Positions 1 to 11,076 are shown, numbered from the stretch's first letter. The stretch is 64,000 nt of DNA from Candidatus Poribacteria bacterium (GCA_965197475.1 CBDANF010000002.1:736001-800000), one strand, 5' to 3'. Notes: generated by a model from the letters alone, not told the origin. Translations and numbers: made by a program.

Positions 1-1
1 G

Positions 2-220
2 GCGCATCGGTTTGCGATTACTTATCACCGAAAACTCAGACAGAAAGCACTGAGTGCGTCTGTGCTTGATGAGATTCCTAACATCGGTCCGAAACGAAAA
101 CAGGCGCTGCTCCAGCAATTTGGTTCGGTTGATGCAATTCGGCAGGCGAGTTTAGATGAACTTCTTTCTGTGAAAGGAATTCCTCGAAACGTTGCCGAGA
201 ATATCCGAAAACATCTCTAA
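2..220 (+). CDS. uvrC: Excinuclease ABC subunit C, 3' end (partial at window edge)
   Basis: Frame 2 reads AHRFAITYHRKLR...LDEIPNIGPKRKQALLQQFGSVDAIRQASLDELLSVKGIP..., the UvrC C-terminal HhH region; TAA at 218-220. Confidence 0.92.
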   Translation, partial: AHRFAITYHRKLRQKALSASVLDEIPNIGPKRKQALLQQFGSVDAIRQASLDELLSVKGIPRNVAENIRKHL

Positions 221-715
221 AAATTACTTTCTAACCTAATCTGTTCTAATTTGATAGGGCTGCCCCAATTTGTGCTTTTTAATTATGTATCTGCCCCTTA
301 TCGTGCAACTGTGCCGAATGCTTAAGTGAGTTTTCTTATAGTCAAGGTATTTCTGTCTTGGCATATTATTTGCGTATCTATTATTAGATTGTCTATTCCG
401 AGTGTAGGTTGGGTTGAAGTACGTGAAACCCATAGGTGTCAATTTAAGATAATGAATCCGTTTTTTGTAAATATATATAGTCCCAGCAAGGGACAGGTGT
501 ATCCTGTCTTGATGAAGGGACAGATAGGTGTGATTGTCCACCTATCGCACTGCTGGTGCTGCCGACAATCTTGGAAATCTAGAAATTCTGAAAATCCTGG
601 TTCAGACAAGAAAACTTCACATTACCTAATCACAAGTTGATTGAGAATAAATTCGTTTATTTATGCTACTTCTCAATCAACTCTGATAGATTACCTAAGT
701 ACAAAGAGAGTAAAA

Positions 716-3337
716 ATGCGAGAAAGAAACATCAAAATCATCGGTATTTTGCTTATTCTGTTGAGTGTTGCTTTTTTACACGTGAAACTCTATCGTTTTG
801 CTGCGATGACGAAAGATGGTGAATTGCAGATTTTGGTATGTTTAGGCCGTGTAATTAACATAGATACGAGTGAAGAAGCCGATCAAATTCTGTCCTTCCG
901 TATCATTTCCGGTCAGTTTCGTGGGGAAACGGTACAAGTCAATAATATATGGATCGGGCGCGCCTTCGGTGACCGCGTTTTGAGCAAGGGTGATGTGTTA
1001 TTTCTGGAAATTCAGATCCGTAATCCGATGCAACCGAAAATTAACTCTGTCTCAATGCGAGAGTACTTCCGAACCCCATTTCTGCTTTATTTGGCAGGCG
1101 CGTTAGGCGTGCTGATGATCCTTGTTGCTGGCATGAAAGGCGTACGGGCAATACTGACGTTGTTTGTTACTGCCCTCTCTGTCCTTTACATCCTGGTTCC
1201 ATTAACTGTTAGTGGATACAACCCGATTGCAGTAGCTCTGCTGATTGCTGCGCTACTTACATTTTCAACCTTCTTTCTCATTACAGGATTTAGTTTCAAA
1301 GTCGTTTCGGGTGTACTTGGAACGCTCGGCGGTTTAACTGCCGTCGGTATCCTGTCTATCCTCAGTCAACGTCTGATGGTGCTGACTGGATTAGCACAAG
1401 AGTTCGGTTTTCTGGAACTCGGCATTGCATTATGGCGCACCCCTGGGGCACATGATTGGAATTTCACAGGTATCCTGTCCGCGGGTATCATTTTAGGTGC
1501 AGTTGGCGCGATGATGGATGTAAGCATGTCTATCTCATCCAGCGTTCATGAAGTCAAGCAGGTGAATCCGAACATAAGTGTGCGACAATCGATCCGTGCA
1601 GGATTGAATGTTGGGCGTGATATTATGGGTACGATGGCAGATACACTTATCTTCGCCTATCTCGGCGCGCACATGATGACGATGTTGCTCCCTCGTGTCA
1701 ATTTTCCTGAGGCAGGCGTGCTATATCCGTTTCTTCGCTTGGTAAACGAAGAAGCAACAGCGGTAGCGATTATTCAAGCTGTTGTTGGAACAATTGGGTT
1801 GGTTCTTACCGTCCCTATTGCAGCGACAGTAGCAGGTTTCCTTACAAAATACACTAAAGTCCGCAGATCGGAGATTCACGAAAATCTACCTACAGAGGAG
1901 GAGTTAGAAGAATTATTTGGTAGTGAAACAACACATAGTGGATATCGCATTTTTTCCAGTCGAGTTGCGGTGCCAATCGCGATGCTTCTAGTGCTGTTCG
2001 GCACCACATTTGTTTACTATCGTACGCGTGGACTTTCTGCGACGATCTCAGAAGCGCGTGACGAACAGGGAGAACTCATTACAAAATCGGAGTATGCAAA
2101 GGCGAAAATCATCCGATTACTTGAATCAAGCGGGAATTTTCTGTTTACAATTGACGGATCTAACACAACCGATTTGGACAAAGAGATTGTTCCCTCTGCT
2201 TTGCGGGAGGTGTTCGCTAACAACAAAATCTCTTTATCCGATGATGTCTCTGTTTCCATTAAACCGTGGAAAGATAGTCGATGGTTGATTTCCGATGCAG
2301 GGCATGAACTGACTTTTAGCGTTCGAGCCGCTCAAGATGGGACGGACAACTTAAATGTGTATGATTCTGAAACCGAACATCATGTGTTTGAGGTTGAGAT
2401 GCTGAGCGGCATGTATAAAGGGAAACATTTGGTGTTAAGGAATATAGTAAATCACAGTATGCCATTGTTGAGTATCCCAGCAAAACCGGGCGATATTATA
2501 CTCTGCAAGGTTGGTGGAGATGCTGAGCAAATTAGTCTTTTAAACCTTGTACAAGAATACGCACGCGACAGATATCTTGTCTGGTTTGTCGGGGGAATGT
2601 TTCTGCTTATCATTCTTGTTGGACGGATTGAAGGTATCCGTACCGTATGTGCAATGCTGATTTCTGGCGCAGTCATATACTTCTTCATGCTACCGCTAAT
2701 ATCACAAGGGGTGAATGCGGTGTTTGTCGTAACGCTAACATCGGGGGTAGTCGCGTTTGTATCTTTAGTATTTGTTATTGGTCCAAGCAGAAAAACATTT
2801 TCTGCTGTGCTAGGGACGATGGGAGGGATCCTCGTAGCAGGATTGATAGTCCTATTTGCACAAAAGCAGCTACATTTTACCGGTTTAGAGAACGCAATTT
2901 CTGCAGATATTGTTGAGGCAACGCGTACCCCACCTTTCGATTTTGTGCAAATTCTGTTAGCGGGGATGTTGATGGGGGTATTAGGTGTAGCGGTTGACGG
3001 CGCAATCGAGGTGGCATCAAGTATGGAGGAGATTCGACGTGCAAATCCGAACATGCCAACATGGAGATTAATCGCTTCAGGTCTGAATGTCGGGACTGAT
3101 ATCCTCGGCACAATGGTCAATACTTTAGTATTTGCTTATCTCGGTGCGGAGTTGCTATTGGTTATCACTGTTACTACGTCAAATCTTGAATTTTTCACAT
3201 CGCCGCCAGTACAGTTGTTGAGCATCGGTGTGGTGTCTGCGGAGATTGTGCGGTTACTTGCAGGGACACTCGGTTTGGTATTAGCGATTCCGATTACTGC
3301 GGTAATTTGCGCATTCTGGAATCCAAAAAAATTATAG
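716..3337 (+). CDS. YibE/F-family membrane protein, tandem two-repeat fusion
   Basis: Two copies of the YibE/F core (GAMMDV...GLNVGRDIMGTMADTL and GVAVDG...GLNVGTDILGTMVNTL); probable ATG at 716 (track opens at 641). Confidence 0.85.
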   Translation: MRERNIKIIGILLILLSVAFLHVKLYRFAAMTKDGELQILVCLGRVINIDTSEEADQILSFRIISGQFRGETVQVNNIWIGRAFGDRVLSKGDVLFLEIQIRNPMQPKINSVSMREYFRTPFLLYLAGALGVLMILVAGMKGVRAILTLFVTALSVLYILVPLTVSGYNPIAVALLIAALLTFSTFFLITGFSFKVVSGVLGTLGGLTAVGILSILSQRLMVLTGLAQEFGFLELGIALWRTPGAHDWNFTGILSAGIILGAVGAMMDVSMSISSSVHEVKQVNPNISVRQSIRAGLNVGRDIMGTMADTLIFAYLGAHMMTMLLPRVNFPEAGVLYPFLRLVNEEATAVAIIQAVVGTIGLVLTVPIAATVAGFLTKYTKVRRSEIHENLPTEEELEELFGSETTHSGYRIFSSRVAVPIAMLLVLFGTTFVYYRTRGLSATISEARDEQGELITKSEYAKAKIIRLLESSGNFLFTIDGSNTTDLDKEIVPSALREVFANNKISLSDDVSVSIKPWKDSRWLISDAGHELTFSVRAAQDGTDNLNVYDSETEHHVFEVEMLSGMYKGKHLVLRNIVNHSMPLLSIPAKPGDIILCKVGGDAEQISLLNLVQEYARDRYLVWFVGGMFLLIILVGRIEGIRTVCAMLISGAVIYFFMLPLISQGVNAVFVVTLTSGVVAFVSLVFVIGPSRKTFSAVLGTMGGILVAGLIVLFAQKQLHFTGLENAISADIVEATRTPPFDFVQILLAGMLMGVLGVAVDGAIEVASSMEEIRRANPNMPTWRLIASGLNVGTDILGTMVNTLVFAYLGAELLLVITVTTSNLEFFTSPPVQLLSIGVVSAEIVRLLAGTLGLVLAIPITAVICAFWNPKKL

Positions 3338-3338
3338 A

Positions 3339-3463
3339 CTAATGTGAGTTCGATCTATGATAAATTTTGAACATAATTCACCATTTCAGCGGACTTATCC
3401 ACAAAAAACCACACACTGGTAGATGCGGTTTCCTAACCGCTCCTATTATTGAATTCATGTTAG
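3339..3463. repeat. 125-bp MITE-like element with internal GTAG-REP-like hairpin
   Basis: Imperfect terminal inverted repeats CTAATGTGAGTTCGAT / ATTGAATTCATGTTAG; internal GTAGATGCGGTTTCCTAACCGC. Confidence 0.45.
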
Positions 3464-3584
3464 ACTAAAACTAATAGTGGAAGGTTTGACAGCAAAGGAA
3501 GAATCATCTTCCGACAAGTAGTTCGTGATATTTTCAAATACTTCTTTTGGACAGCTCCTAATAGCTGAAAATAGCTGAAAGCCA

Positions 3585-4745
3585 TTAGCCTCTATACAGA
3601 GTCCGCATCTGTTGAATCACCTTCGGTAATTTGGCAATTACTGCGTCAATTTCTTCTTCGGTGGTGTTTCTTCCGAGTGAAAACCGCACTGTACCTTGTG
3701 CTAATCTGGGTGGTAAACCGAGAGCAGCAAGCACATGCGAAGGTTCCATAGACCCTGAAGTACACGCTGAACCCGTTGATACACAGATTCCCTCCATATC
3801 TAATCGTAAGATAAGGCTTTCACCTTCTACAGACTCAAAAGAAACGTTAAGCGTCCCAGGCGCGCAGTATTCCGGATGTCCATTGTAGTGCAACCGATCG
3901 ACGTGTGCATCAAGTCCTTCTCGGAGTCGGCGAGTTAATTTATCCAGATGTTCAGCATAGGCATCCCGTTCTTGTTTAGCAAGTTCCGATGCAACGCCAA
4001 GTCCGACAATAGCGGGTACGTTTTCGGACCCTGCGCGTCTATTACGTTCATGTGAGCCGCCATGCACGAGGTTTGCCAATCGGGTGCCTCGCCGAATGTA
4101 TAGGACACCAATGCCTTTTGGGGCATATACTTTGTGACCCGAAAGCGATAACAGATTCACGCCGAGTTCCTGCACGTTAATATCCAATTTGCCGATTGAC
4201 TGCACAGCATCGGTATGCACAAGGATTTCATGTTCCTGTGCAACCTGACAGATTTCTTCAAGCGGTTGGATAGTGCCATTTTCGTTATTGACATGCATGA
4301 TGGATATCAAAATTGTTGTCTTACGGATAGCGGAACGGAGTTGTTCAATTTGGATACGTCCGAATCGATCTACCGGTAGATACGTCACCTCAAAACCGCG
4401 TTGCTCCAGATATTGGCAGGTATGCAACACAGCGTGATGTTCTACAGACGAGGTGATGATATGATTCCCTTCACCCCGACTCTTTTGCAGCTCGGTTAGC
4501 CCTTTGATGGCGTGGTTATCAGCTTCCGTTCCACTTCCGGTGAATACGATTTCACTTGGACTTTTTGCACCGATGAGTTCTGCGACCTGTTCACGAGCAG
4601 TATCAATTGCGTTGCGTGCTTCACGTCCATAAGCGTGAATGCTGGACCCGTTACCGAATGCCTCAATCAGGAAAGGCATCATTGCGTCTCGAACTTCCGG
4701 GCGAAGTGGGGTTGTGGAATTGTAATCAAGATAGATTCGTTGCAT
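3585..4745 (-). CDS. iscS: Cysteine desulfurase (IscS/NifS group I)
   Basis: YLDYNSTTP, EHHAV, HTDAVQ, SGHK (PLP Lys), STGSACTS catalytic Cys. Confidence 0.93.
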   Translation of the reverse strand: MQRIYLDYNSTTPLRPEVRDAMMPFLIEAFGNGSSIHAYGREARNAIDTAREQVAELIGAKSPSEIVFTGSGTEADNHAIKGLTELQKSRGEGNHIITSSVEHHAVLHTCQYLEQRGFEVTYLPVDRFGRIQIEQLRSAIRKTTILISIMHVNNENGTIQPLEEICQVAQEHEILVHTDAVQSIGKLDINVQELGVNLLSLSGHKVYAPKGIGVLYIRRGTRLANLVHGGSHERNRRAGSENVPAIVGLGVASELAKQERDAYAEHLDKLTRRLREGLDAHVDRLHYNGHPEYCAPGTLNVSFESVEGESLILRLDMEGICVSTGSACTSGSMEPSHVLAALGLPPRLAQGTVRFSLGRNTTEEEIDAVIAKLPKVIQQMRTLYRG

Positions 4746-4843
4746 GCGATGTATCCGTTAGATTCAAGCTATACGAAGTTAACTTTCTAAAAATTCCATG
4801 CCATCTTACCGCTGTGCTTCTATGGTATTTCTCAGTTGTTACA

Positions 4844-5637
4844 TTAGTCAATATGAAACACCTTTCCGCCGACACCTTTGACGATCACGTTATATTCACC
4901 AGCTGCGAACTCTCCAATAGAAACCTAATTTTGATATTTTGTTAACCCAGGTGTATCGAATCTGATATCTTCATATCTTATTAGTGGACAGTGAACACTA
5001 CCAAGAATTTCACCTGCTATCTGTATGTAGATGGTATTACCTTCTTGCTTCTGATGTGTTTCGAGGAATGGTATACACGCTTCCCAAAAGTATCCTTCAA
5101 CATTAACTGTCACTTGAGCAGGTCTGCTTTCTGAGATCAATATCTCACAGTTTTCAATATCTCATCATCTTCAACACGAAATTTCTCATTGATTCCCCTG
5201 CCAATTACTTCATACTCGCCGTCAGCGAACGATGATAACGCCCCGAGAGAAACTTGTCCTTCAGCTTGAGTTACAGCAGCCCCACAGATAAGACCTCCGC
5301 CAGCCTTAGAAGTGCCTATAGTACCCCAGATAAAGATGATATTTCCATTTCGTTTTTGATGTATTTCGTCAATAAAAATACAAGTGTTACTGTGGGATCC
5401 GGTCATAAATGTAACCATAATTTCAGTCGGTTTGTTATCTGAAATTGAAATATCAACATCGTAAAAAGATATGTCTGCAAAATCCCAATCATCAGGATTA
5501 ATCCTGTCATCAGGTGGTATTTTATCGTCTTTGATAGGCACATCCATAATTCCCAAGCCATCCCTTGAACAACCAACGAAACATACAATGCTTGTGATTA
5601 ACAGGGTAATTATCATAAATAAAAACAACTTTCGCAT
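4844..5637 (-). pseudogene. Two-repeat lipoprotein disrupted by a frameshift (~5150) and an in-frame TAG (4925-4927)
   Basis: Lipobox FVGC; repeat 1 ISISDNKPTEIMVT..HQKRNGNIIFI..GQVSLG..FADGEYEVI; repeat 2 ILISESRPAQVTV..HQKQEGNTIYI..N*VSIGEFAAGEYNVI in another frame, ending TAA at 4844-4846. Confidence 0.7.
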
Positions 5638-5704
5638 AAGTTTTCATCTCCTTCTATTTTCAGATTCCATATAGGTTCTATTATTGTAAAATCCAGAATA
5701 CAGA

Positions 5705-7057
5705 TTACTCGTATGTCCGGTAATTGAGAAAGGTAATCTGATTCGAAGAAATCTTAACATCTCTAACAGATTCACTACGGCTGCTTTGTCCGCTTGAATT
5801 TAAAAAGGATAGTTTAAGTGTATGTGTGCCAGCAGGTAACGGCATCCGCACCATAAAAATCTGATTTGGCAGTGTTTGCCATGAACGGGTGTCCGCGCTC
5901 TCTGTAACCACCCCCGCAAGATTGACAATTGCCCCCAAAACTTTACTTTCCTTGTTGGCTTTACGGAATGTTAAATATTTCAACAGGGCGCGCGCTAATG
6001 TTCGAATGAGAGTTACAGTGTGTTCAGCTTCAAGGGTTTCAATCGCCATTATTTCTATGTCCTCTATTAACACACCCTGGGCTATTTCTTCTCCCACTGA
6101 AACCTGAATGCCTTTGAAATAGGGGCGTTTGGAACGGATTGTTGGCATTGCGACGTGTAAGAGATATTCAAGTTTTATCTCTTCTACAACCAATCCTTCA
6201 CGTGTTCTAATAGTACGAGCAAACGTTATAGTGTCTTTGTCATCATCTTCACCAAATTTATCGGTTTTGAGGATTGGAAACGTCAAAGTTTGCTCTCCCC
6301 TTCTTGGAACATAACCACTTTCATAAAAGAGGATCAACTCGCCATAGTTTTCAGGCAGTGCAGGCGGTTCGCCATACTGATTACGATAACGCTCATAATC
6401 ATCAGAAAAATTTAGTTCGCGTGATAGTCGCACAAGGGAATGACCTACATCATCAGGCACAGACACACCTGTTATCTCAGCAGCATTTTTATAGTATTCT
6501 TCTGCTTGCTTGTAAGAGATTAAGGCATCATTCAGCTCACCTGCTGCCTCAAACACCGTGCCGCAGAAGTGTGCAAGAAACCCTGTTCCAAAAAAATTAT
6601 ACTCCTTCTCTTCACCTTTGAAATACTGAATTAGACTCGTAGCACGGCGGCATTCTACCAATGCATCGTCTAACTTATTCAGATAGATATAGTTCAGGGC
6701 ATGGTAATAGTGACTTAAAAGTCGTTCATACCGAGTGCCAGCATAAGGACGGAGTTGATCAGAGGTAACAAGTGAAAAAGCCTCTTTTGAAACACTTTTG
6801 GTATAACGATCCTCAGCTAAATTTCCCGCTAAGTCAAATGCTTTGCTGCTTTCTGTAAATAGGTTAGAATAATGGGCAGTCAATCCTAATTCATATTGAT
6901 GCGGGATATCCGGCTTTTTCGGTGCGTTTTTCTTAAGGTAGTTGTAGGCATTTTCAGGTTTGCCAGTTTTCATGCCAATTTCGACTTTGTCGAAATTATA
7001 ACCAGCACACCCTATCATCAAAGGAATAATGAGTAGAAACGGAAGTATTTTAGTCAT
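5705..7057 (-). CDS. COG3014-like TPR lipoprotein
   Basis: Lipobox MIGC; PYAG..YE, ALVECRR and ADTRSWQTLP motifs; adjacent to an LpoB-like gene, as is typical. Confidence 0.75.
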   Translation of the reverse strand: MTKILPFLLIIPLMIGCAGYNFDKVEIGMKTGKPENAYNYLKKNAPKKPDIPHQYELGLTAHYSNLFTESSKAFDLAGNLAEDRYTKSVSKEAFSLVTSDQLRPYAGTRYERLLSHYYHALNYIYLNKLDDALVECRRATSLIQYFKGEEKEYNFFGTGFLAHFCGTVFEAAGELNDALISYKQAEEYYKNAAEITGVSVPDDVGHSLVRLSRELNFSDDYERYRNQYGEPPALPENYGELILFYESGYVPRRGEQTLTFPILKTDKFGEDDDKDTITFARTIRTREGLVVEEIKLEYLLHVAMPTIRSKRPYFKGIQVSVGEEIAQGVLIEDIEIMAIETLEAEHTVTLIRTLARALLKYLTFRKANKESKVLGAIVNLAGVVTESADTRSWQTLPNQIFMVRMPLPAGTHTLKLSFLNSSGQSSRSESVRDVKISSNQITFLNYRTYE

Positions 7058-7080
7058 TGGTATTACAAATTTTGAAATAT

Positions 7081-7108
7081 ATTGGGCGGGAATTGTAACC
7101 CGCCCAAT
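7081..7108. terminator. Hairpin / probable intrinsic terminator
   Basis: ATTGGGCGGG-N8-CCCGCCCAAT between co-directional genes. Confidence 0.5.
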
Positions 7109-7139
7109 ACTTCAACATAAGAATGTGTTTGAATTGGGA

Positions 7140-7745
7140 CTACATTTTTAATTTTTTACGCCCAATATACTTTTTAATATCGTGCTGGCCAATCCAGATT
7201 TTCTCGTTGCTTTCAATGTTAGTTAGCGTGAGATCTGTCTGATAGGAGACGACCTGTTCTCCTTCCTTGCGATCTTTGATGGTATTGATTTCGCCGGTCA
7301 TCATGTAATCGGCACCGAGTTCGCGTCCCATCCGTTTGATGGTTTCAATTGCAGCGTGTTCACTCTGATCGGCACGTTCTTCCCGAATTTCTCCGCGCTC
7401 GCTTTTACTTGAGACAGTACGGACTTTCCCAGAATTGATAAATGCCCGTTCAATATCCCCAATGAACGTTTGCGTAGCAATATGCTCCATAGTCTTATTA
7501 CGGATGCCGCCTACAATAACGACAGGTTTCTTCGAGTCTGCCTTAGCCATGTGATCGATAATCCAGACATGGCCTAAACAGTCTGAAATCATCGTTTCAG
7601 CGACCATGCGAGAATCTGCATCGTTCCATCCACCCGAGAGGTCAATTGTAGTATCACTATCAATGCGGCTAACCTGTGTAGTAGGACCACATCCGATAAA
7701 AACGATTACTCCGATGAGTAGTAAGCATGACAATATTTTGTACAT
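7140..7745 (-). CDS. LpoB/YcfM-like penicillin-binding protein activator lipoprotein
   Basis: Lipobox FIGC; DLSGGWNDADSR, IRNKTMEHI, GRELGADYMMTGEI, YQTDLTL..W. Confidence 0.75.
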   Translation of the reverse strand: MYKILSCLLLIGVIVFIGCGPTTQVSRIDSDTTIDLSGGWNDADSRMVAETMISDCLGHVWIIDHMAKADSKKPVVIVGGIRNKTMEHIATQTFIGDIERAFINSGKVRTVSSKSERGEIREERADQSEHAAIETIKRMGRELGADYMMTGEINTIKDRKEGEQVVSYQTDLTLTNIESNEKIWIGQHDIKKYIGRKKLKM

Positions 7746-7834
7746 TTGATTTGCTCCTTTTTACTGTTTTACAAGTGGCAGGTAAATGACCTACTCCTAC
7801 GGCAGGCGGTAAACCTACGTCAACAAGTGATATG

Positions 7835-9637
7835 TTAGAAATCTAAGTCAACTTCACAACTAATTCTGTCAACGAAACTATCAAGAGGCATCGCTCCGAT
7901 ATCGCCTTCATCGCGGCTTCGGACGCTGACAGTTCGGTTATTTTGTTCGCGCTCACCAATAATTAACATATACGGAACCCGTTGAAGACGGGCTTGGCGT
8001 ATTTTCGCTCCAATTTTGTCATCACTATTATCTAACACAACACGACAATTTTTCTGTAATAGTATCTGCTCAATTTCTTTGGCGTAATCCACAAAGCGTT
8101 GGCTAATAGTCATCACAACGCATTGTACAGGGGAAAGCCATGTCGGAAAAGCACCCGCATAATGCTCAATTAGCATTGCAATAAACCGTTCAAAACTGCC
8201 ACAAATTGCACGATGGATTACCACAGGTCTCTTTTCAGATCCGTCTGGTGCAATATAAATTAATTCAAACCGTTCAGGTAACTGAAAATCGAGTTGGACT
8301 GTGGCGCATTGTACATCTCGGTTGAGTGAATCCCGAACTTGAAAATCAAGTTTTGGCCCGTAAAATGCGGCTTCACCTGGGTCAACAACGTATTCAATTT
8401 CGTTATTCTTCAACACAGATTCAAGAATATCCTCAGCACGATTCCAGACATCAACATCCCCCATAAACTTATCGGGGTTGCGCGTGCTAAAATCACATCG
8501 GAACGGTAACTCAAAACTACCGTAGATACGTTGGAAAAGTCCAAGGATACGTTCATATTCATCAGCGATCTGGTCTTCAGTAACGAAGTTGTGTGCATCG
8601 TCTTGACACAATTGACGCACACGTGACAAACCGCTCAGGGTCCCTGTTGCTTCATTTCGATGTAACACACCTTGATCATGTAGACGGTATGGCAAATCAC
8701 GATAACTGTGGCGTGTGCTTTTATAAATTAGCATGTGCGCGGGACAATTCATCGGTTTGAGAGCACTCGTTGGTTCGCCTTCTTCATTTTCGATCAGAAA
8801 CATATCATCTTTGAAATGTTCCCAATGGCCCGAAGTTTTCCAGAGACTGCTGTCATAGATGAGCGGTGTGCGCACCTCTTGGTAGCCTTCACTGATATAA
8901 AGTTTTCTAACCTTTTCGGATAAAAGGTTATAAATGAGTGCACCTTTGGGAAGCCAAAACACACTACCTGGTGATTCGGGATGCATCTGAAAGAGTTCCA
9001 ATTCGCGTCCCAATTTTCGGTGGTCGCGCTTGGCAGCCTCTTCACGTTGCGTCAAATATGTTTTGAGATCCTCTTTTGTTTCCCACGCGGTGCCATATAT
9101 CCTCTGTAGTTGTTCGCGATTGCTATCACCACGCCAGTATGCACCTGAGACGCGGAGCAACTTGAAATATCTGCATTCACCTGTTTTTTCAATGTGTGGT
9201 CCCTTACACAGATCAGTGAAATCCCCATTGTGATAGATAGAGACACCTTCGTCAGCAACGCCTTCATCAGATGCACTGACTTCTCGGTCAGAAATTCCCT
9301 CTATTAATTCAAGTTTAAATTTTTGGTTGCGTTCAGCAAACCATTCACGTGCTTCTTTATATGTCCATGTTTCCTGCAGAAAAGGCACATTTGCTTTAAT
9401 CATCGCCTTCATGTGCTTTTCGATTTCAGGAAAATCGTCCGGTGTAATTGGACGGGGGACCTCCATATCATAATAGAATTCGTTCTCTATTGGAGGACCG
9501 ATCGCAAGTTTGACAGTGTGTTCACCATCAGGAAACAACTTTTGAACGGCGTACGCCATGATATGGGCAGTAGAGTGGCGAAGCCGTTCTAAATAGTCTT
9601 CGGGTTGATTGGATTCATGCATTGGGATTATTCTCAA
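7835..9637 (-). CDS. thrS: Threonyl-tRNA synthetase (no N-terminal TGS domain)
   Basis: HSTAH, DLCKGPH, RDHRKLG, KPMNCP, AAFYGPKLD, IHRA motifs; alternative ATG at 9622. Confidence 0.97.
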   Translation of the reverse strand: MRIIPMHESNQPEDYLERLRHSTAHIMAYAVQKLFPDGEHTVKLAIGPPIENEFYYDMEVPRPITPDDFPEIEKHMKAMIKANVPFLQETWTYKEAREWFAERNQKFKLELIEGISDREVSASDEGVADEGVSIYHNGDFTDLCKGPHIEKTGECRYFKLLRVSGAYWRGDSNREQLQRIYGTAWETKEDLKTYLTQREEAAKRDHRKLGRELELFQMHPESPGSVFWLPKGALIYNLLSEKVRKLYISEGYQEVRTPLIYDSSLWKTSGHWEHFKDDMFLIENEEGEPTSALKPMNCPAHMLIYKSTRHSYRDLPYRLHDQGVLHRNEATGTLSGLSRVRQLCQDDAHNFVTEDQIADEYERILGLFQRIYGSFELPFRCDFSTRNPDKFMGDVDVWNRAEDILESVLKNNEIEYVVDPGEAAFYGPKLDFQVRDSLNRDVQCATVQLDFQLPERFELIYIAPDGSEKRPVVIHRAICGSFERFIAMLIEHYAGAFPTWLSPVQCVVMTISQRFVDYAKEIEQILLQKNCRVVLDNSDDKIGAKIRQARLQRVPYMLIIGEREQNNRTVSVRSRDEGDIGAMPLDSFVDRISCEVDLDF

Positions 9638-9678
9638 ATTCTACAATGAAAAGTCAATCTATAATTGACCAAATTATT

Positions 9679-9706
9679 TAAACGTAACGATTTTTCGTTA
9701 CGTTTA
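9679..9706. promoter_or_regulatory. Perfect 12-bp inverted repeat upstream of thrS
   Basis: TAAACGTAACGA-TTTT-TCGTTACGTTTA. Confidence 0.35.
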
Positions 9707-9731
9707 GGTTACATTAAAGCCTTAATTTATG

Positions 9732-10833
9732 TGAGGGTGTTTCATAAATCATTTTTTATTGAAATACAGTTTTGATATGAGTTACATTTCGGGTGGGTCT
9801 CTCCCACCGGACATTCATCAACATAGCGAGTTGTAGAAGCATCACCCTGAGTCCTAAAAAAGTGGATACGTAAGCCAGACTGCTGATAGGTAAAGGTTTA
9901 TGCTGCCCCGTCGTTGCCAAGAGTTTGCTAAGTAAATCAAAAGTCGGTTCAATAGTTGTTTTCCGTGCCTCTTTCCCCTCGTTGAATAAAGCAACCGCCA
10001 TGGCATCCATAGGTCCCAAAACCGCTTGTGCCTGTTCAACGCAGGTGTCGGGTGTTATGAGCATCATCTTCTCCCTCGCAAAAGCGACGCTGCGTCTTTA
10101 TCTCTATAACCAGCATCAGCGATAAGACACGTAATCCCTTTTGCGACGATGCGGCTTTGCTTTTTATCAAGCACCTTGCGTTCATTGACATTTGCGGGCA
10201 ATACCTCAAACATCACAGGAAATTCGTCTCGGATGGGTATATGGATCCCATATCCATATACCCATCCGTGATAGCCACTTTTAGACCAATGTGCGGTTTT
10301 ATCAACATTACGGAGGCCTTTGGGAATATGGTTTTTCGCACGATGTTTCTTGTGCCAGACAGGCCCTGTGGCTTTGAACAAACTCTTGTCTTCATAGGCG
10401 ATGGTGTGTGAAAAACCATAGCCGTTTGCGACTGTCCACTCCGCAATGAACTCGCAAAACTCGGTAAGCAGCGGACACAATGCTTTATATCTGCGTGCCA
10501 GTGTCGGTGCAATAGACAAAACGGAAGACGCAGTGTCTTAAGCATTATCGGATGCGTGCCCAACCAGCAGTGCTGTGCGCGTATCGTGTTGATCTGCTTC
10601 AGCGTCATCATCGCATAAAAGACAAGGAGCGAAGCATCTGCATAGGTTTTCGGTCTCCCTCTGCTGATAACGGTTTCTTTTGTTTTAGCAAACTCATCAA
10701 GCAAAAAAATAAAAATGTGATATACTCTTTCATGTCAGGATAATACATGGAATACTCATTCAATGGTTTAGATTTTTATTAGAAGGATACTCACTTCCTG
10801 ACACATCGCAACTTTATTTATGAAACACCCTCA
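9732..10833 (-). mobile_element. IS element (DDE, IS5/IS4-like) with frameshifted transposase
   Basis: Perfect 18-bp TIR TGAGGGTGTTTCATAAAT (9732-9749 / 10816-10833); transposase split over ORFs 10213-10704, 10064-10519 and 9756-10067 (RGRPKTY, GWVYGYGIH, LIADAGY, RKTTIEPTF). Confidence 0.85.
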
Positions 10834-11038
10834 TCTTATTATCTCATTAAATATGTGTAATTTCAAGGGAAATCTTTATTGGTTCTAAATCGTAATTAAA
10901 GTAAATCAACGCCAAATGCACACATGGTAGGCTGCCAAATCAACGTCAAATACGTGTATGGCATTCGGCGGGCTTATAAAACCCTCACACAAGAGTACTT
11001 CGCGGCAATTGAATGATTCTGATTTTTTGTAAAAAGTA

Positions 11039-11068
11039 TTGACACAAACTATTGAAATCTGATATTAT
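11039..11068 (+). promoter_or_regulatory. sigma70-type promoter, probably giving a leaderless mRNA
   Basis: TTGACA-N18-TATTAT with TGn extension, 8 nt before the GTG start at 11077; no SD visible. Confidence 0.5.
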
Positions 11069-11076
11069 AGTTTTAA

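Noticed and set aside
236-640. Short ORFs 236-541 and 326-640
   Set aside because: They overlap REP-like repeats and have no recognisable motifs or SD; treated as intergenic.
2138-2365. Intein as explanation for the inserted module
   Set aside because: It has no N-terminal Cys/Ser, no C-terminal His-Asn, and is too short.
2452-3120. 222-aa antisense ORF (and similar shadow ORFs throughout)
   Set aside because: It lies wholly opposite a well-supported gene and has shadow-frame composition.
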